Assembly (NCBI GenBank): GCA_013239625.1
Contig: MU053933.1
Coordinates: 3,764,425-3,784,424, forward strand
Direction: 5' to 3'
From: Lama guanicoe
Taxonomy: Eukaryota
Length of the DNA: 20,000 nt
In this document: positions 1-11,677 of the stretch, in pieces
How the letters are laid out: every line of letters begins with the position of its first letter
How positions within the stretch are numbered: position 1 is the first letter of the stretch
Notes under the pieces: generated by a model
The model's database searches: none
What the model was told of the DNA's origin: nothing
What the model saw: the letters and a program-made list of their open reading frames with translations, nothing else
Position numbers and translations under genes: made by a program

Positions 1-600
1 CCATTTCCCTGTCATTGTGCCAATTCCACACCTTTTTGGTGACTGTGCTTTTGTAATGCCATGTGAAGTCAGGGAAGGAGATGCCTCCAGCCTGTTTCCC
101 TTTTGTAGACTCCCTCTGGCTGTTCAGGGTCCTTTGTGTTTCCACACGAATGTTAGGAATGTTTGTTCTGTTCCTGTGGAAAATGCCACTGAAGTTTATT
201 TTATTTTATTGAAGTATAGTCAATTCACAATATTCTGTTATTTTCTGGTGTAGGGCATAGTGATTTGATGAGGCTTGCTTTGAGTTTGAGCACTGCTTTG
301 GGTAGAATGGACATTTTAACAATGTTAATTCTTTCTGTCCATGAGCGAAGGGTATCTTTCCATTTATTTGCATCTGTTCAGTTTCCTTCCTCAGTGTCTC
401 AGAATTTTCGGTGTGCAGGTCCTTTCACATCCTTGATTAAATGTATTCCTAGGTATATTTTGGATGCAATTGTAAATGGGATTTTAAAAAATGTCTCTTT
501 CTGATGTTTCATTATTAATGTATAGAAAGACAACTGACAATACACAATTGTGTATTGATTTTGTACCTTGTAGCTTTACTGAAGTGATTCATTAGTTCTA
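1..600 (-). mobile_element. Old LINE-1 ORF2 3'-region fragment (unit copy A)
   Basis: Antisense L1 motifs GATGCCTCCAGC, GCTTTGGGTAGAATGGACATTTTAACAATGTTAATTCTT and AATGTATTCCTAGGTAT. Confidence 0.85.
195..266 (-). mobile_element. Short 5'-truncated younger L1 3' end nested in the old L1
   Basis: T-rich tract followed by ATTGAAGTATAGTCAATTCACAAT...TTCTGGTGTAGGGCATAGTGATT, typical of a laurasiatherian L1 3' terminus. It is absent from the matching positions in copies B and C. Confidence 0.7.
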
Positions 601-999
601 AGAGTTTATGATGATTTGATGTGGAAAACTAGAAATCAGAAATCGCCCTGTTTGGACTCCATCCAGGTCATCCACAGCACCTAAGACACAGTGGCTCCTA
701 ATCTTCCCACAGTGCCTCTAAATTGCATGTGGACTCCTACAAGGGCGATGAGCATCAGCACTTTGGGTAAAGTGGTTCTCATTAAGGATTGGCCTCTATA
801 AGGAAATCTGATATCTTCTTTGCTTTTTTGGTGTGGTGTAAACATGGTTGTTTTCAAAAGTAATTTAGTTTCTAGTAAACTTTTCTTATAAAGTTCTGTA
901 TAAAATACTTTAAATAGCATTACCCAGTACTCACATTTGCCACCTCACATAAAATACTCCAGTGGGTTTTACCTAAAACTGGGATACTCCCCCAGGGAA

Positions 1000-3410
1000 C
1001 CAGCACATAAACCCCAAATGAAGAAATTTTATGATTCACTTTGTAACCCCATCCACAGGCCCACTTCAGCCTTCCCCATTGCTCCAACTTCTGGAAATCC
1101 TTTTTTCCCATTCTGTGCCAGTTTTCTTTTTCTGAAACTATTACTAAGAGTTTCCCTCTTTTTTTTTTTCCAGAATCTTAATGGATTTAAAGCACACAAG
1201 ATGAATACGATCTGGGTGGCATCTTCTGTGTGTCTTCTTTCACTTAGACTGTTTTCAGTTTTCATCCAGTTTGAATCATTATTGATTCATTCACATTTTC
1301 ATTGTCCTTAAAAATACAGAACATAACATTTACCATTTAAACCATTTAACTATGCAGTTCTGTGGTATTAACTAAATTCATATTGTTGTACAGATACCTC
1401 ACCATCCATCTCCAGAACTTACTCATTTTCCCCAAGTGAAGTCCTGTGTCCAGTGAACACTGACTCCCCTCAGCCCCTGGCAAGGACACTCTTTCTATCT
1501 CTTCATCTGACTTCTCTGGATGCCTTGTATAAGGGGAATCATATATTTGTCCTTCTGCGTCTGGCTTATTTCACTTAGCATAGTGACTTCAAGATTTATT
1601 CACGTTGCAGCATGTGTCATGATTTCCTTAGTTTTTAAGGCTATGTAGTATCCCATTGTGTATACACCACATTTAGTTTATCCATTCATCTGTTGATGGA
1701 CAGTTGAGTTATTTCCACGTTTTGCTGTTGTGATTAGTTCTGCCATGGGTATGGGTGTACCCGTTTCTATTCCAGTTCCTGCTTTCAAATATTTTGAACA
1801 TATATCCTGAAGTGGAATTGATGGGTCACATGTCAACCCCATGTGTAAGTTTTTGAGGAACTCCCATATGGTTCTCCACCATGGCTGCACCATTTCATTC
1901 CTTCATGGCAGAATCGTAGAGCAGCTTATGGATGTACCCTGTTTGTTTATCTGTTTAGCCTTTGATAGACATTTCAGTTGTTCTACCTTTTGGGCCATTG
2001 CGAATGGTGCTGCTATGAATATTTGTGTACCTTTTTTTTTGTTTGTTTGAACACCTATTTTTAATGTTTTGGGGTCTATGTCTAGGAGTGAAGTTGTTGA
2101 TCCATACAGTAACTGTATTTTTTATCTTTTTGAGGAAGTGACAAACTGGAAACATGGGCTGCACCATTTTCCAATTTTTCAAGTAATGTTTAAAAGTTTC
2201 AGCTTCTCTACATTTTTGCCAATATTTGTTGTTTTTAGTTTTCTTGATTGTAGAGCTTCTAGTGTGCTTGGGAGGGATGGCATTATGGTATTAATTTACA
2301 TTTCTATCATGACTGATTTTTAACATCTTTTCATGTGTTCATTGACTACTTGTTTTGTCTGGAGAAGGGTCCATTTAAAAAAAAATTAATTTTATTTATT
2401 TATTGGTGTTTTTCTTTTTCATTTTTATTAGGTAGAACTATTACTGTTTGACTGCATGTATACATTATATTGCATGTAAATACATATATACAATATACTA
2501 TACATTTTAAAAAAAATTTACATATTGAGGAGGGTCTATTTAAGTTCTTTCTACCATGTTAAAAAATGAGTTTGTTTTTTCTGAGTTGTAAAAGTTCTTG
2601 ATAAAAATTTTTTTCAAATATAATGTGCAAATATTTTCTTTGATTTTGTGTGCTGTCCTTTCAGTTTCTGGATAGCATCTTTGATGTACAAATGTGTTTA
2701 ATTTTCAGGAAAAGCAATTAATTATTTTCTTTTCTTGCTTATGTTTGCTATCAGATCTAAAAAAATTGCTAAATCCAAGGTCATGATGACTTATCCCCAT
2801 TGTTTCTTTGAGAGTTTATACAGCTTCCCTCCCTATCTGTGAGGTATTGGTTCCAGGACACCCTGTGGATACTAAATATCTGTTGGTGCTGAAATCCATT
2901 ATATAAAATGGTGTAGTATTGACAAATAATCTAAGCACAGCTTCCTGTATACTTAAAATCATCTCTAGATCACTTATAATAAATAATGCAATGTAAATGG
3001 TATGTAAGTAATTGTGAGGAAAACATAATGTTATTTAAATTGTTTCTGGCATGCCACAAATTCAAGTTTTTCTTTATGGAACTTTCTCAAATTATTATTA
3101 TTCTTTTATCTGAAGGTGACTGATTCTGCAAATGTGGAATCAGCAGATGAGGGCTGGTTGTCACTTTACCACTCTTTAAATTTAGGCTTTTTATGTATCT
3201 TGAGTTAATTTTGCATGTGGCATGAAGCAAGGATCCAATTTCACTTCTCTTAGAAATGAAAAAATTTCACCGATAGACAATTGCCTGACACCATTTGTTG
3301 GAAACACAATTTTTCCCACAATGTAATGTTGCCCACTGTGGTAAAAAAAATCATTTAGTGCATGTGTCTTTTCACATTAGAATTTTGCTCTGGATACACG
3401 TGCAGCAGTG
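1000..3410 (-). mobile_element. Nested old L1M fragments (L1MB-like 3' end at ~1300-1895 within another L1M), interrupted by MER2
   Basis: ACATAACATTTACCATTTAAACCATT, CCATCCATCTCCAGAAC, CTGGCTTATTTCACTTAGCATA, AGTGGAATTGATGGGTCACATG and AAATCCAAGGTCATGA. Confidence 0.8.
2821..3160. mobile_element. MER2-like non-autonomous TcMar-Tigger DNA transposon
   Basis: Follows a TA and starts CAGCTTCCCTCCCTATCTGTGAGGTATTGGTTCCAGGACACCC. It contains ATATAAAATGGTGTAGTATT and AAATCATCTCTAGATCACTTATAAT, and ends in a degenerate inverted terminus GAGGGCTGGTTG. Confidence 0.85.
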
Positions 3411-3444
3411 GGATCTCGGACTTTTCTTGCTTCTGACCTAATCA

Positions 3445-5040
3445 GGACGAGGTCACTATGTGGAACCTACACTTCAGGAGAGGGGGCTTTAGCTCTACCT
3501 CCTTGATGGATGCCATGGATTATTAGGAATTCTTCTGCATAGGAGTTCTCCCTTCAATCCCATTTATTTAAAAAAAAGCCCAACAACCTATGTCATCATT
3601 TAACGTCACCATTGTGGATGCCTGGATAGTTTCTTTAATCTTTTGGTTATAATCCAGCACTACAGGCTTCGTTGCTGAGTTCATTCCTGCTTTGGCTACT
3701 GAGAACTCTTTCTTTGGTTCCTGTTTCCTTTGAGGTCATTCCACATTTTGGTTTTTTTCTACCCTGGTACTTCCTTACTTTCTGATACAAGATTCAAGAT
3801 TATCCTGGCTCATATATTGACTTCTCAGTCCTAGTATAAGCCATTTCTTCAAAGAGTCCTGATTCCTTTAATTAGAGATGGTATTAAGAACTTACATATG
3901 GGAGGAAAGTGTTCTCAGCTGACAATGCAAGAAAATGTGTGCATGTGTTCCCATCTTAGTGTATTGCTATTGCTCAGGGACCACCATCCCCCATCCATCT
4001 GCCACAACCACATAGTGTTTTAAATTTAAGTTACTTAGAAATGGCCAAAGCAAGAGGGACACTCTGACTCCTGCTTTATCTCCCTAAAAGCAGGAAATAA
4101 GCCTGTCATGTGAAAGGTTCAGAGGCGCATTTAAACATAACTTGTAACTTCTTTAAGTTACTACCCCAAGCCCAAACTCTGTTTAGATTTTTCAAAAGCT
4201 ACAATTCTTTAGGTTGTCAATTCCTAACAAATTTATAGTTTTCTAGATGTATAAAACGCCTGTTTTCACTACTTCTTACTTCCCATTTCTGTGAGACTTT
4301 TGTGTGTAGGAATTAAAATTTCTTTTTCTCCTGTGGCTCTGTCTTGTGTTAGTTTTATTATTAGTCCAGCCACAAGAAGTCAAGAGGGAGAGAGAGTGAA
4401 CCCCCCCCCCGTAGTATACACTCCTAATTATATAGATTTCTATGTGGAACTGTCTGTATTCATATGAAGCAGAAGACGGGTTTATACTGATGCCTCCAAC
4501 TTTATCCATTATCATATGGACAGAGTACATCTCGCCCCCCTGCTTGTCTCCCAGTCAGACAGTGGAATCCTGGTTCCCACCAGCTTCCACCCATTCAATT
4601 CATTTCTCATTCTGCTCCAGATGAGTGGTTTCAGCGTTCTTAGCTCCTGCCCCTATGGGATGGATCTTACAGATCCCACTGTTCACTTGCAGTACGTTTT
4701 CCCTGTAGTCTACACATTCTGTTCATTCCTGCAGTTACTGAGGCTGGTCCCTTCTGCTCCACCAGCAGCAGTGAGTGTTTTCATACATTTCTAATACAGA
4801 GGCTGTTTTACATCCTGCATTCCATCCTGTGACACTACCGCTTACTCGATCACTTAACTGACTTGTTGGGTCATACAAACCTATGGGTTTAGACAAAGCA
4901 TAATGGCAAATGTCCATCACTAAGTATCATATGGAACATTTCAAAACTCCTGCATGACCTGTTTACCATCTCTTAGTATTCCCTTTCCCTCAATTTCACA
5001 TAAATTGGGTCACATAGTGCATAGGTAGCATCTCCAGACT
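3445..5040 (-). mobile_element. L1MC-like 3' UTR fragment, split by an LTR
   Basis: GTCACTATGTGG...CACTTCAGGAG, GGAATTCTTCTGCAT, GGTTATAATCCAGCACTAC, AGCCATTTCTTCAAAGAGTCCTGATTCC and CTATGGGTTTAGACAAA. The subfamily name is tentative. Confidence 0.75.
3965..4413 (+). mobile_element. ERV1-like solo LTR with 4-bp TSD (GTAT)
   Basis: Starts TG, has a TATA-like GTATAAAA at ~4249 and a polyA-like AATTAAA at ~4311, and ends in a C-run. GTAT lies at 3961-3964 and 4414-4417, and the L1MC-like sequence continues on both sides. Confidence 0.78.
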
Positions 5041-5299
5041 CATTCTTTATCTTTTTGAAGGAAAATTACATGGAGTTGGTATTGACAAGTGAGCTCTGTC
5101 AAATGGAGCCAGGAGCCCATTCAGAACTTGTGACCTATCTTATCACATCTCAGCCTGGATCAAATCCTGAGTTTAGACCTGATGAAGCCACCCAGGACAT
5201 CTGCCAGAAACTTATCTGTCTGTCAGAAACCTACCTACTTATTGTACTCTTGGCCTCAAATAATTCAGGGCATACTGATCACTTGAGTTTCTAAGCCAT

Positions 5300-5960
5300 T
5301 ATGAATAGACCTCCTGTGCATTACTTGATGTTCATTTTTGTTTGAACAGTTTTTCAAAGCAATTGTTTAAATTCAAGAGATGATTTTTTTTTTGGATTCT
5401 AAGTTGAGACTGTTTAGCTCTGTAAGAAACTACCAAACTGTTTTCCAAAGTTGGCCACACCTGTCTTCCACCAGGACCTTGAATGTATTTTTGTATGATT
5501 GTTTTCTACCTGTATACCTTCTTTAGCCAGATGTTTGTTTCTATCTTTATCCATTTTAATGGGGTTGTTTGTTCTAGATTTTACTGATATAATTTGAGTA
5601 CAAATCCTTTATCAGATACACATTTTGCAAATACTTTCTCCTTGTTTGTGGTTTCTCTTTTGCCTTTATGAATAAGACCTTTCACAAAGTAGACGTCTAT
5701 AGTTCTATAAAGTCCGCATTATTAATTTTGTATTGATTTGTAGATAGGCATTTGTTGTTGTGTATTAAAACTCATCACCAGACCCAAGGTCTTTCAGATT
5801 TTCTCCCTTTTCCTTCTAAGATCTTTATAGTTTTGTCATTTAAATTTGTCTATAGGCAATCTTGAGTGAATTTTGCTATCAGTTGTAAAGTTTGTGTCTA
5901 TGTTCTCTTCATTGTATATGTTTTTTAATTAATTGCTCCTTAACCAGTTTTTGAGACAAC
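5300..5960 (-). mobile_element. Old L1M fragment (start of unit copy B)
   Basis: AGAAACTACCAAACTGTTTTCCAAAGT, CCTTTATCAGATAC...TTTTGCAAATACTTTCTCC and ACCCAAGGTC. Confidence 0.78.
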
Positions 5961-6393
5961 ATAGTGAGCTATTTGGCTGTGTTTCAGTTAGGATTTCCAA
6001 AGGCACTATGTACAGCAGAACTGCATTCAGGATGCAGACTCTGGGCTTTGTGAACTCAGCGTTCCCTGAACTTTATTTTAAATGGTTCACAGCGGGGTGC
6101 CAAATCCACCTGTGACCCACAGGGCACACCTTGTGGGTCATTCTGCCCATGGACTTGGCCCCTTGCACAGCCGACAGGGGCTTGGTCTCTTCAGGACTGT
6201 CAGGGCTTTGTCTTCTAGACAGTGGGGCTGTGTCCATGCTGTCATGGGCTGAGTTTTCTTGGGCATTGCTGTGAAAAGGCACAATAAGAGGAAAAAAAGA
6301 CCAAGTGGGGAGAAGCTTCCTGTGTGGTGCTGACTGTTCAGGGGAGTTCTGTCTTCAGAGGAACCTCAGAAAGAGGTTGATGTGGAAAACTGT

Positions 6394-7130
6394 GGGGTTT
6401 TAGTTAGTTTTGTGTGCAGTGGGTGATGGTGACCAGTGATGTTCTTTGGTTCATGGTGTCCCGTTTTCCTGGCGATGTTTATGGAGGGGAGTGTCCCTCC
6501 CTTTTTATATGTCCTTGACCCCATTTTCATGAATTAATGGACCACAGCCATGTGGACTTATCTCTGGGCTCTTTACGCTGTTACTCTGGTCCGTGTGTCT
6601 GTGTTTGTGCCAGTTCCTCACTGTTGTGGTTACTACAGCTCCTTGATACAGTTTGATGCTAGAGAGGGAGATGCCTCCAGTTGTGTCCTTCTTTCTGAGA
6701 ACTTCTCTGGCTGTTCAGGGTCCTTAGTTGTTCTGTATTAATAGTAGGGTTGTTATTTCCATTTCAATGAAACATCACTGAACATTATATTGATGTTGCA
6801 GTGAATGTGTTGATAGTTTTGGGTAGAATCAATAATTTAATAATAGTAATACTTCCAATCCATGAGTACAGAAAATTTTCCTGTTTATCTGTGTCTTCTT
6901 TAACTTCTTTTTCAATTCTTCATAGTTTTTTGAGTACAGGTCATTCACATCCTTAGTTAAATTTGTTCCTGAATATTTTCTTCTTTTTGATACAATTATA
7001 AATGTGATTGTTTCCTTGAATTTTCCTTCTGATGGGTTATTATTAGTGTATAGAAATGCAGCTGATTTTTGTATATTGATTTCAAATTGAACTTCACTGA
7101 ATTTATTTATTTTAAAAACTGTTTGTTAAG
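6394..7130 (-). mobile_element. Old LINE-1 ORF2 3'-region fragment (unit copy B)
   Basis: GTGTCTGTGTTTGTGCCAGT, GATGCCTCCAG, CTTCCAATCCATGAG and TTAGTGTATAGAAATGCA. It is paralogous to 1-600. Confidence 0.85.
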
Positions 7131-7861
7131 TGTTGTGGAAAATTGTAATTTTAAAATCTCACTGTTTCTCCTCATCCCAGGTCGTGCACAGGATCCCAGA
7201 TTTGCTGGCTCCTGGTGTACTCCTCCCACAGTGCCTCTTAATAACAAGTGGACTCCTACAAGGGCGATGAGCATCACACCTCTGGCTGCCCTTGGTCTGG
7301 GTGAGTCTTGGCTTCTAGAACAAGGTTGGAAGTCTGTCGTATCAGCTTCTCTGCCATGGTATTGATATGGTTGTTTTGAAAAGTAGTGGACTTTCCAGTA
7401 ATTTCTAGGATGGTAAAAGCTACTCACAGTTGTCCCTTTATACAAAATACCATAGGGTGCTTTACCCCAAACAGGGGTAGTCTCCCGAGGAGCCATCATA
7501 TAACCCACCAGTGAAGAAGCCGTGTGGCTTCTGCATCACTGTGTGACCCGCCGGCCCCTTCAGCTGTCACCGCTTGGTCCAGCTGCTTGTTCTCTGTTTC
7601 TGGGTTTGCTACTGAGACTCTCACTGTGACAACCTTGATGGATGTGAAGCACACACGATGACCATGTGATCTGGGAGAACTTTTCTTTATGGCTCTTTTC
7701 ACTAGGGATCTTTTCAATGTTTGTTAATGGTGTAAGTTGTATCAGTTCTACATCCCTACATGATTTTCACTGTGATTAAAAATACATATGACACTTTTTA
7801 ATTGAAATCATTTCAGGTACACATTTCTGTGGTATTAACTACGTTTACATAATTGTACAAA

Positions 7862-8245
7862 CAAGTTCAAGAACTTGTGTGCCTACTTTAAGCATGGGAG
7901 ATGCCCAGGAAATTGAGTAATTCCCTGAAATGGCCAAGACATCACCTGAAATACCATCTTTCTCTAATACCAAAAGAAAGGAAGGTTCTATTCATTATAT
8001 AGATTTAAATCTTAGCCTTCTCTATTGATAAGTTTTTTGAGATTTAGTCTTTCTTTTATTTCTGGTGCAGAAAGGGAGATTACTTTTCAAATGGAGATAT
8101 CCCATATAAATGTAAATTTGCCTCACCAAAGGCAGTCTTGACTTGGGTTTCATAGAGTCTCATGTGTCTTAAGTTTTAAGAAATCTGCCCATTGTAATCT
8201 TCATGCCAAAGAGATATATTTTATGGTGTCATTTGCCCTCTTTCA
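7862..8245 (-). mobile_element. Partial ERV1-like LTR
   Basis: ATGGGAGATGCCCAGG...GAGTAATTCCCTGAAATGGCC, AAATGGAGAT...TAAATGTAAAT and ATGCCAAAGAGA. It terminates in TTCA (TGAA on the minus strand), and the other end is not evident. Confidence 0.68.
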
Positions 8246-8249
8246 CATG

Positions 8250-9015
8250 GGTGTACCCCAACTTGCTTATGTATTCATGCATGGAAGGACATCGTCATAT
8301 TTTAGAGTTTTTGATTAGAGTTGCTGTGCATAATTGCATGCTAGTTTTTGTTTGGACACTTTTTCAAAGGAATTGTCTAAATACTAGAGGTGCAATGTTG
8401 GATTCTCAGGTGAGCATTGACTAGCTTTGGAAAAAACTGCCAAACTGTCTTTCAAAGTAGCCACACATGTATTCCACTTGCAGTGAGGGAGAGTTCCTGT
8501 TTTTCTTCATCTTCCATGTCATTTTTTCTTCATCAATCATGTCATTTTTTTTGAGTTTAGTGGTTCTAATGAGTGTGCAGTGTTATATCATTGCTGTTTT
8601 AATTTGCAATTTCCTACTGGTATATGATTTTCGAGAATATTTTTATATGCTTATTTACTATCTGTGTATTTTCTTTGGAGAGGTGTTAAGATCTTTACCT
8701 ATCTTTATTGAGGCTGTTTGTTGTAAAGTTCTTGGTGTAATTTGAGTCCAAATCCTTAATCAGTTATGTGTTTTGTAAATTAAAGCTTCTCAGTATGTGT
8801 CTTGTCTTTAGGTTTCCTGAATAAGGTTATAAACAGAGTTTAAATTTTTAATTTTTTAAATTCTATGATATAAATTTTACTTCTGTGGATAGACTTGGGG
8901 ATTTTTGTAAAAGTTGGTCACCTAGACAAGGTTTTGTAGATTTTCTTATATGTTTACTTTTAGAATAATTCCAGATGTGCATTATATAATTGTGGACAAT
9001 TTAGAGAACATTTTG
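8250..9015 (-). mobile_element. Old L1M fragment (start of unit copy C)
   Basis: AAACTGCCAAACTGTCTTTCAAAGT, GTTTTAATTTGCAATTTCC and TTCTTTGGAGAGGTGT. It is paralogous to 5300-5960. Confidence 0.78.
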
Positions 9016-9389
9016 GTGTGAGTGGTAAAAACTTGAGTGATTGTGGCCTGCAGTCCCCAGCTGGCCAGCAGGTGACACTATGCCTGTTCTCTGACCCTCA
9101 AGGTGCACGTGTCTCACTGAGGGATTTGGCTCCTGTGAGAACTTGGCTCCTTACAGGGGCTGCTGGAGGCTGGGTCTCCTCGGGACCCATCATGGTTTCA
9201 CCTTCAGGACAATGCTCAACCAAGCAAGTCCACGGAGACAGAAGCCAGACGTCTTCAAGAATCACCAACAGGCATCACCGTGGGAATAAAAGGTGAGGAA
9301 AAAGTAGGGAGAGGCTTCTTGTGTGATTACAACTAAAGGTTTCCATTTTCAGAGGATCCAGCAGAGGAGTGGCTTGATGTGGACATTTT

Positions 9390-10130
9390 TTGAATTTACT
9401 TGATTTTGTGTTTAGTGCTGACAGTGTCTAGTGTCATTTTTTGAGGTATGGTGTCCCATGTTCTTGGCACTGTTTATTGAGGAGACTGTCCTTTTCCCAA
9501 TTTGTGTTCTTGGCTCTTTTGCCATGAATTAACTGACAGCATAAAGATGGGTTTATTTCTGTGCTCCCTATTCTGTTCCTCTGGTCCATGTGCCTATTTC
9601 TCTGCCAGTATCTTACTGTATCTCTGCTGGTGACTGTGGCTTCCTAATATCACGTGAAGCCAGGGAGGGAGACGCCTCCAACTGTGTTCTCCCTTCTCAA
9701 GGTTGCTCAGGCTATTCCAGTTTCTGTGTTGTTACATACAAATGGTAGGATTTCTTGTTTTATGTGTATGTGAAAAAAATGCCATTTGAATTTGGTAGAG
9801 TTTGCAATTAATGTGTGCACTGCTTAGGCTTCATGAATGTTGTAGTAATGTTCTTCTAGTGCATGAGCACAACTTTATTTTGTGTGTGTGTCCCCTTCAA
9901 TTTCTTTATCAGTGTTTTCTAACTTTCCACGTGCAGGCCTTTCACATCCTTGGTTAATTTTATTCCTAGGTTTTTTTTTGTGTGTGCATTTGTTAAATGG
10001 GATTGCTATATTAATTTCTCTTTCTGAAACTTCTGTATTAGTATATAGAAAGTCAATTTTTGTATATTGATATTATATCAAGTAGCTTTACTAAAAGTAT
10101 TTATTATTTTTTAACAGTTTTTTTTTGTAT
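9390..10130 (-). mobile_element. Old LINE-1 ORF2 3'-region fragment (unit copy C)
   Basis: TTTATTGAGGAGACTGTCCTTTTCCC, GGGTTTATTTCTG and TTTATTCCTAGG. It is paralogous to 1-600 and 6394-7130. Confidence 0.85.
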
Positions 10131-10549
10131 TTTGATGCGGAAAAGTAGAATTCAAAATTGCCGCTGATTTTTTTTATCACATCCAATTCATTCACAAAAA
10201 CCAAGACACAGTGGCTTATGATATTCTCTTATGGTGTCTCTTAATAATATGTAGTTTCCTGCAAGGGTGATTAGCTTAACCATTTTGGATCAACTGGAAA
10301 TGGAGAAGACTTGGACTCTATAGTGAAGTTTGATGTTTTTTCTGCTTTCCTGTAGAAAATTATTTACTTTCCAATAATGTTAAACATACAGAAAAGGTGC
10401 AGTAGCAGTACAATGTCCTCTTTATCTGTAAGCTCAGGTTTCTCACTCATTGTTGATGTAGCACGTCTGCCACTTTTCATGACAATCTCTAGTGTGTTTT
10501 TGCCTTGAGTAGAGATTCTCTCTCTGTGGCACCACATAACACCCAAATG

Positions 10550-11612
10550 AGGATTCATTATGGTTCTCACTTCATAAATCAGTCCACAGGCTCAGTTCCA
10601 CTGTCAGCACCTGCTCCAACTGTATGGCAATGGGTTTTCCTAATCCAATCCAGTGTTTTTTTGTTTCCTGGAACTGTTCTTGAGACTTTCCCTTATTTTC
10701 CCAACTTTAACTGAATTAAAGGGCACAAGATGAGTGTGATCTGGGTGGCCTTTTCTGTATAGCCTCTTTTTCTTAGAATGTTTTCTTTGTTCATGTTGTA
10801 ACAAGTATCAGTACTTCATGTTTTTCTTTGTGATTAAATCTATTCCATATAATATTTACCATTTAAACTGCTTTAAGTATATAGTTTCATTACATTTATG
10901 TCATGAAGTTTTTGGATATTAACTACATTTACACTGTTGTAGAAATATTCTCAGCATTCATCTCCACTACTTTTTCAGTTTCCCCAGGTGAAGCTGTATC
11001 CATTAGACATGAACACTTAACCCCCTGGCAAGTACATTGTATGTTTTGTTATTGAATTAGACTTATACGGATACCTCATCTTAGAATCATAGGGTGTTTG
11101 TCCTTTTTTAGTTTGGTTTGGTTTGTTTCCCTTGAATAACTTCAAGGTTCATCCACATCATAGCATATGTCAGAATTACCTTCATTTTAAAGGCTGAATG
11201 CTATTTAAATGTGTATATAGTACATTTTGTGTATGGAATCATCCATCCATGCACACTTGGGTTTCTTATGTCTTTTGGCCAGTGTGAATAGTGCTGGTAT
11301 GAACATGGCTGTAGAAATGTGTTTTTCAGCCCCTTCTTTCAAACCTTTTGGGTTTATACTCTGAAGTTGAATCAATAGATGATAGATATTATCCACAGTG
11401 GCTGTACCATTTTACTTTATTTCTTTCAATGGCAGAATTACATGAAAGTTTATGGATCCACTGTGCTTTGCATATCTATTCATCCATTGATGGACATTTG
11501 AATAGTTTCTACCTTTGAGCTATTTCAAATGCTGCTGCCATGCCTATTAGTGTAGTGTAGCATTTTTTGTATGGACATGTGTTTTAAATTTTTTGATATA
11601 TATATATTATAT

Positions 11613-11643
<31 letters not shown>

Positions 11644-11670
11644 GAGGGAAGTTGCTGAACCAAGTGATAG
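10550..11670 (-). mobile_element. Nested L1M/L1MB-like fragments (unit copy C), cut by the NUMT
   Basis: TTTACCATTTAAA, CTTCAAGGTTCATCCA, CCACAGTGGCTGTACCATTTTAC and CATCCATTGATGGACATTTG. It is paralogous to ~1000-2110. Confidence 0.78.
11596..11643. repeat. (AT)n microsatellite containing a perfect 40-bp palindrome
   Basis: The AT run has TT at 11607-11608 mirrored by AA at 11623-11624, making 11596-11635 self-complementary. Confidence 0.95.
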
Positions 11671-11677
11671 TTGTTGA

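Larger units (their letters stand above)
1..11670. repeat. Three diverged direct copies of a multi-kb segmental unit (A from <1, B ~5300-7860, C ~8250-11670)
   Basis: Shared landmarks in the same order: GGAGA(T/C)GCCTCCA at ~77/6667/9668, AAGGG(C/T)GAT at ~741/7260/10264 and GATCTGGG at ~1209/7667/10738. A GC-richer block is shared at ~6100-6390 and ~9080-9390. Confidence 0.85.

Noticed and set aside
681..7508. Shared peptide MLIALVGVH..RGTVG in minus-strand ORFs 681-920 and 7107-7508
   Set aside because: It follows from the near-identical nucleotide island. The rest of the two ORFs does not align as protein, and there is no synonymous-change pattern.
600..10330. SNORD115/SNORD116-type imprinted snoRNA cluster
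   Set aside because: The tandem architecture suggested it, but no recognisable match to those snoRNAs was seen, and C/D boxes are not retained in all copies.
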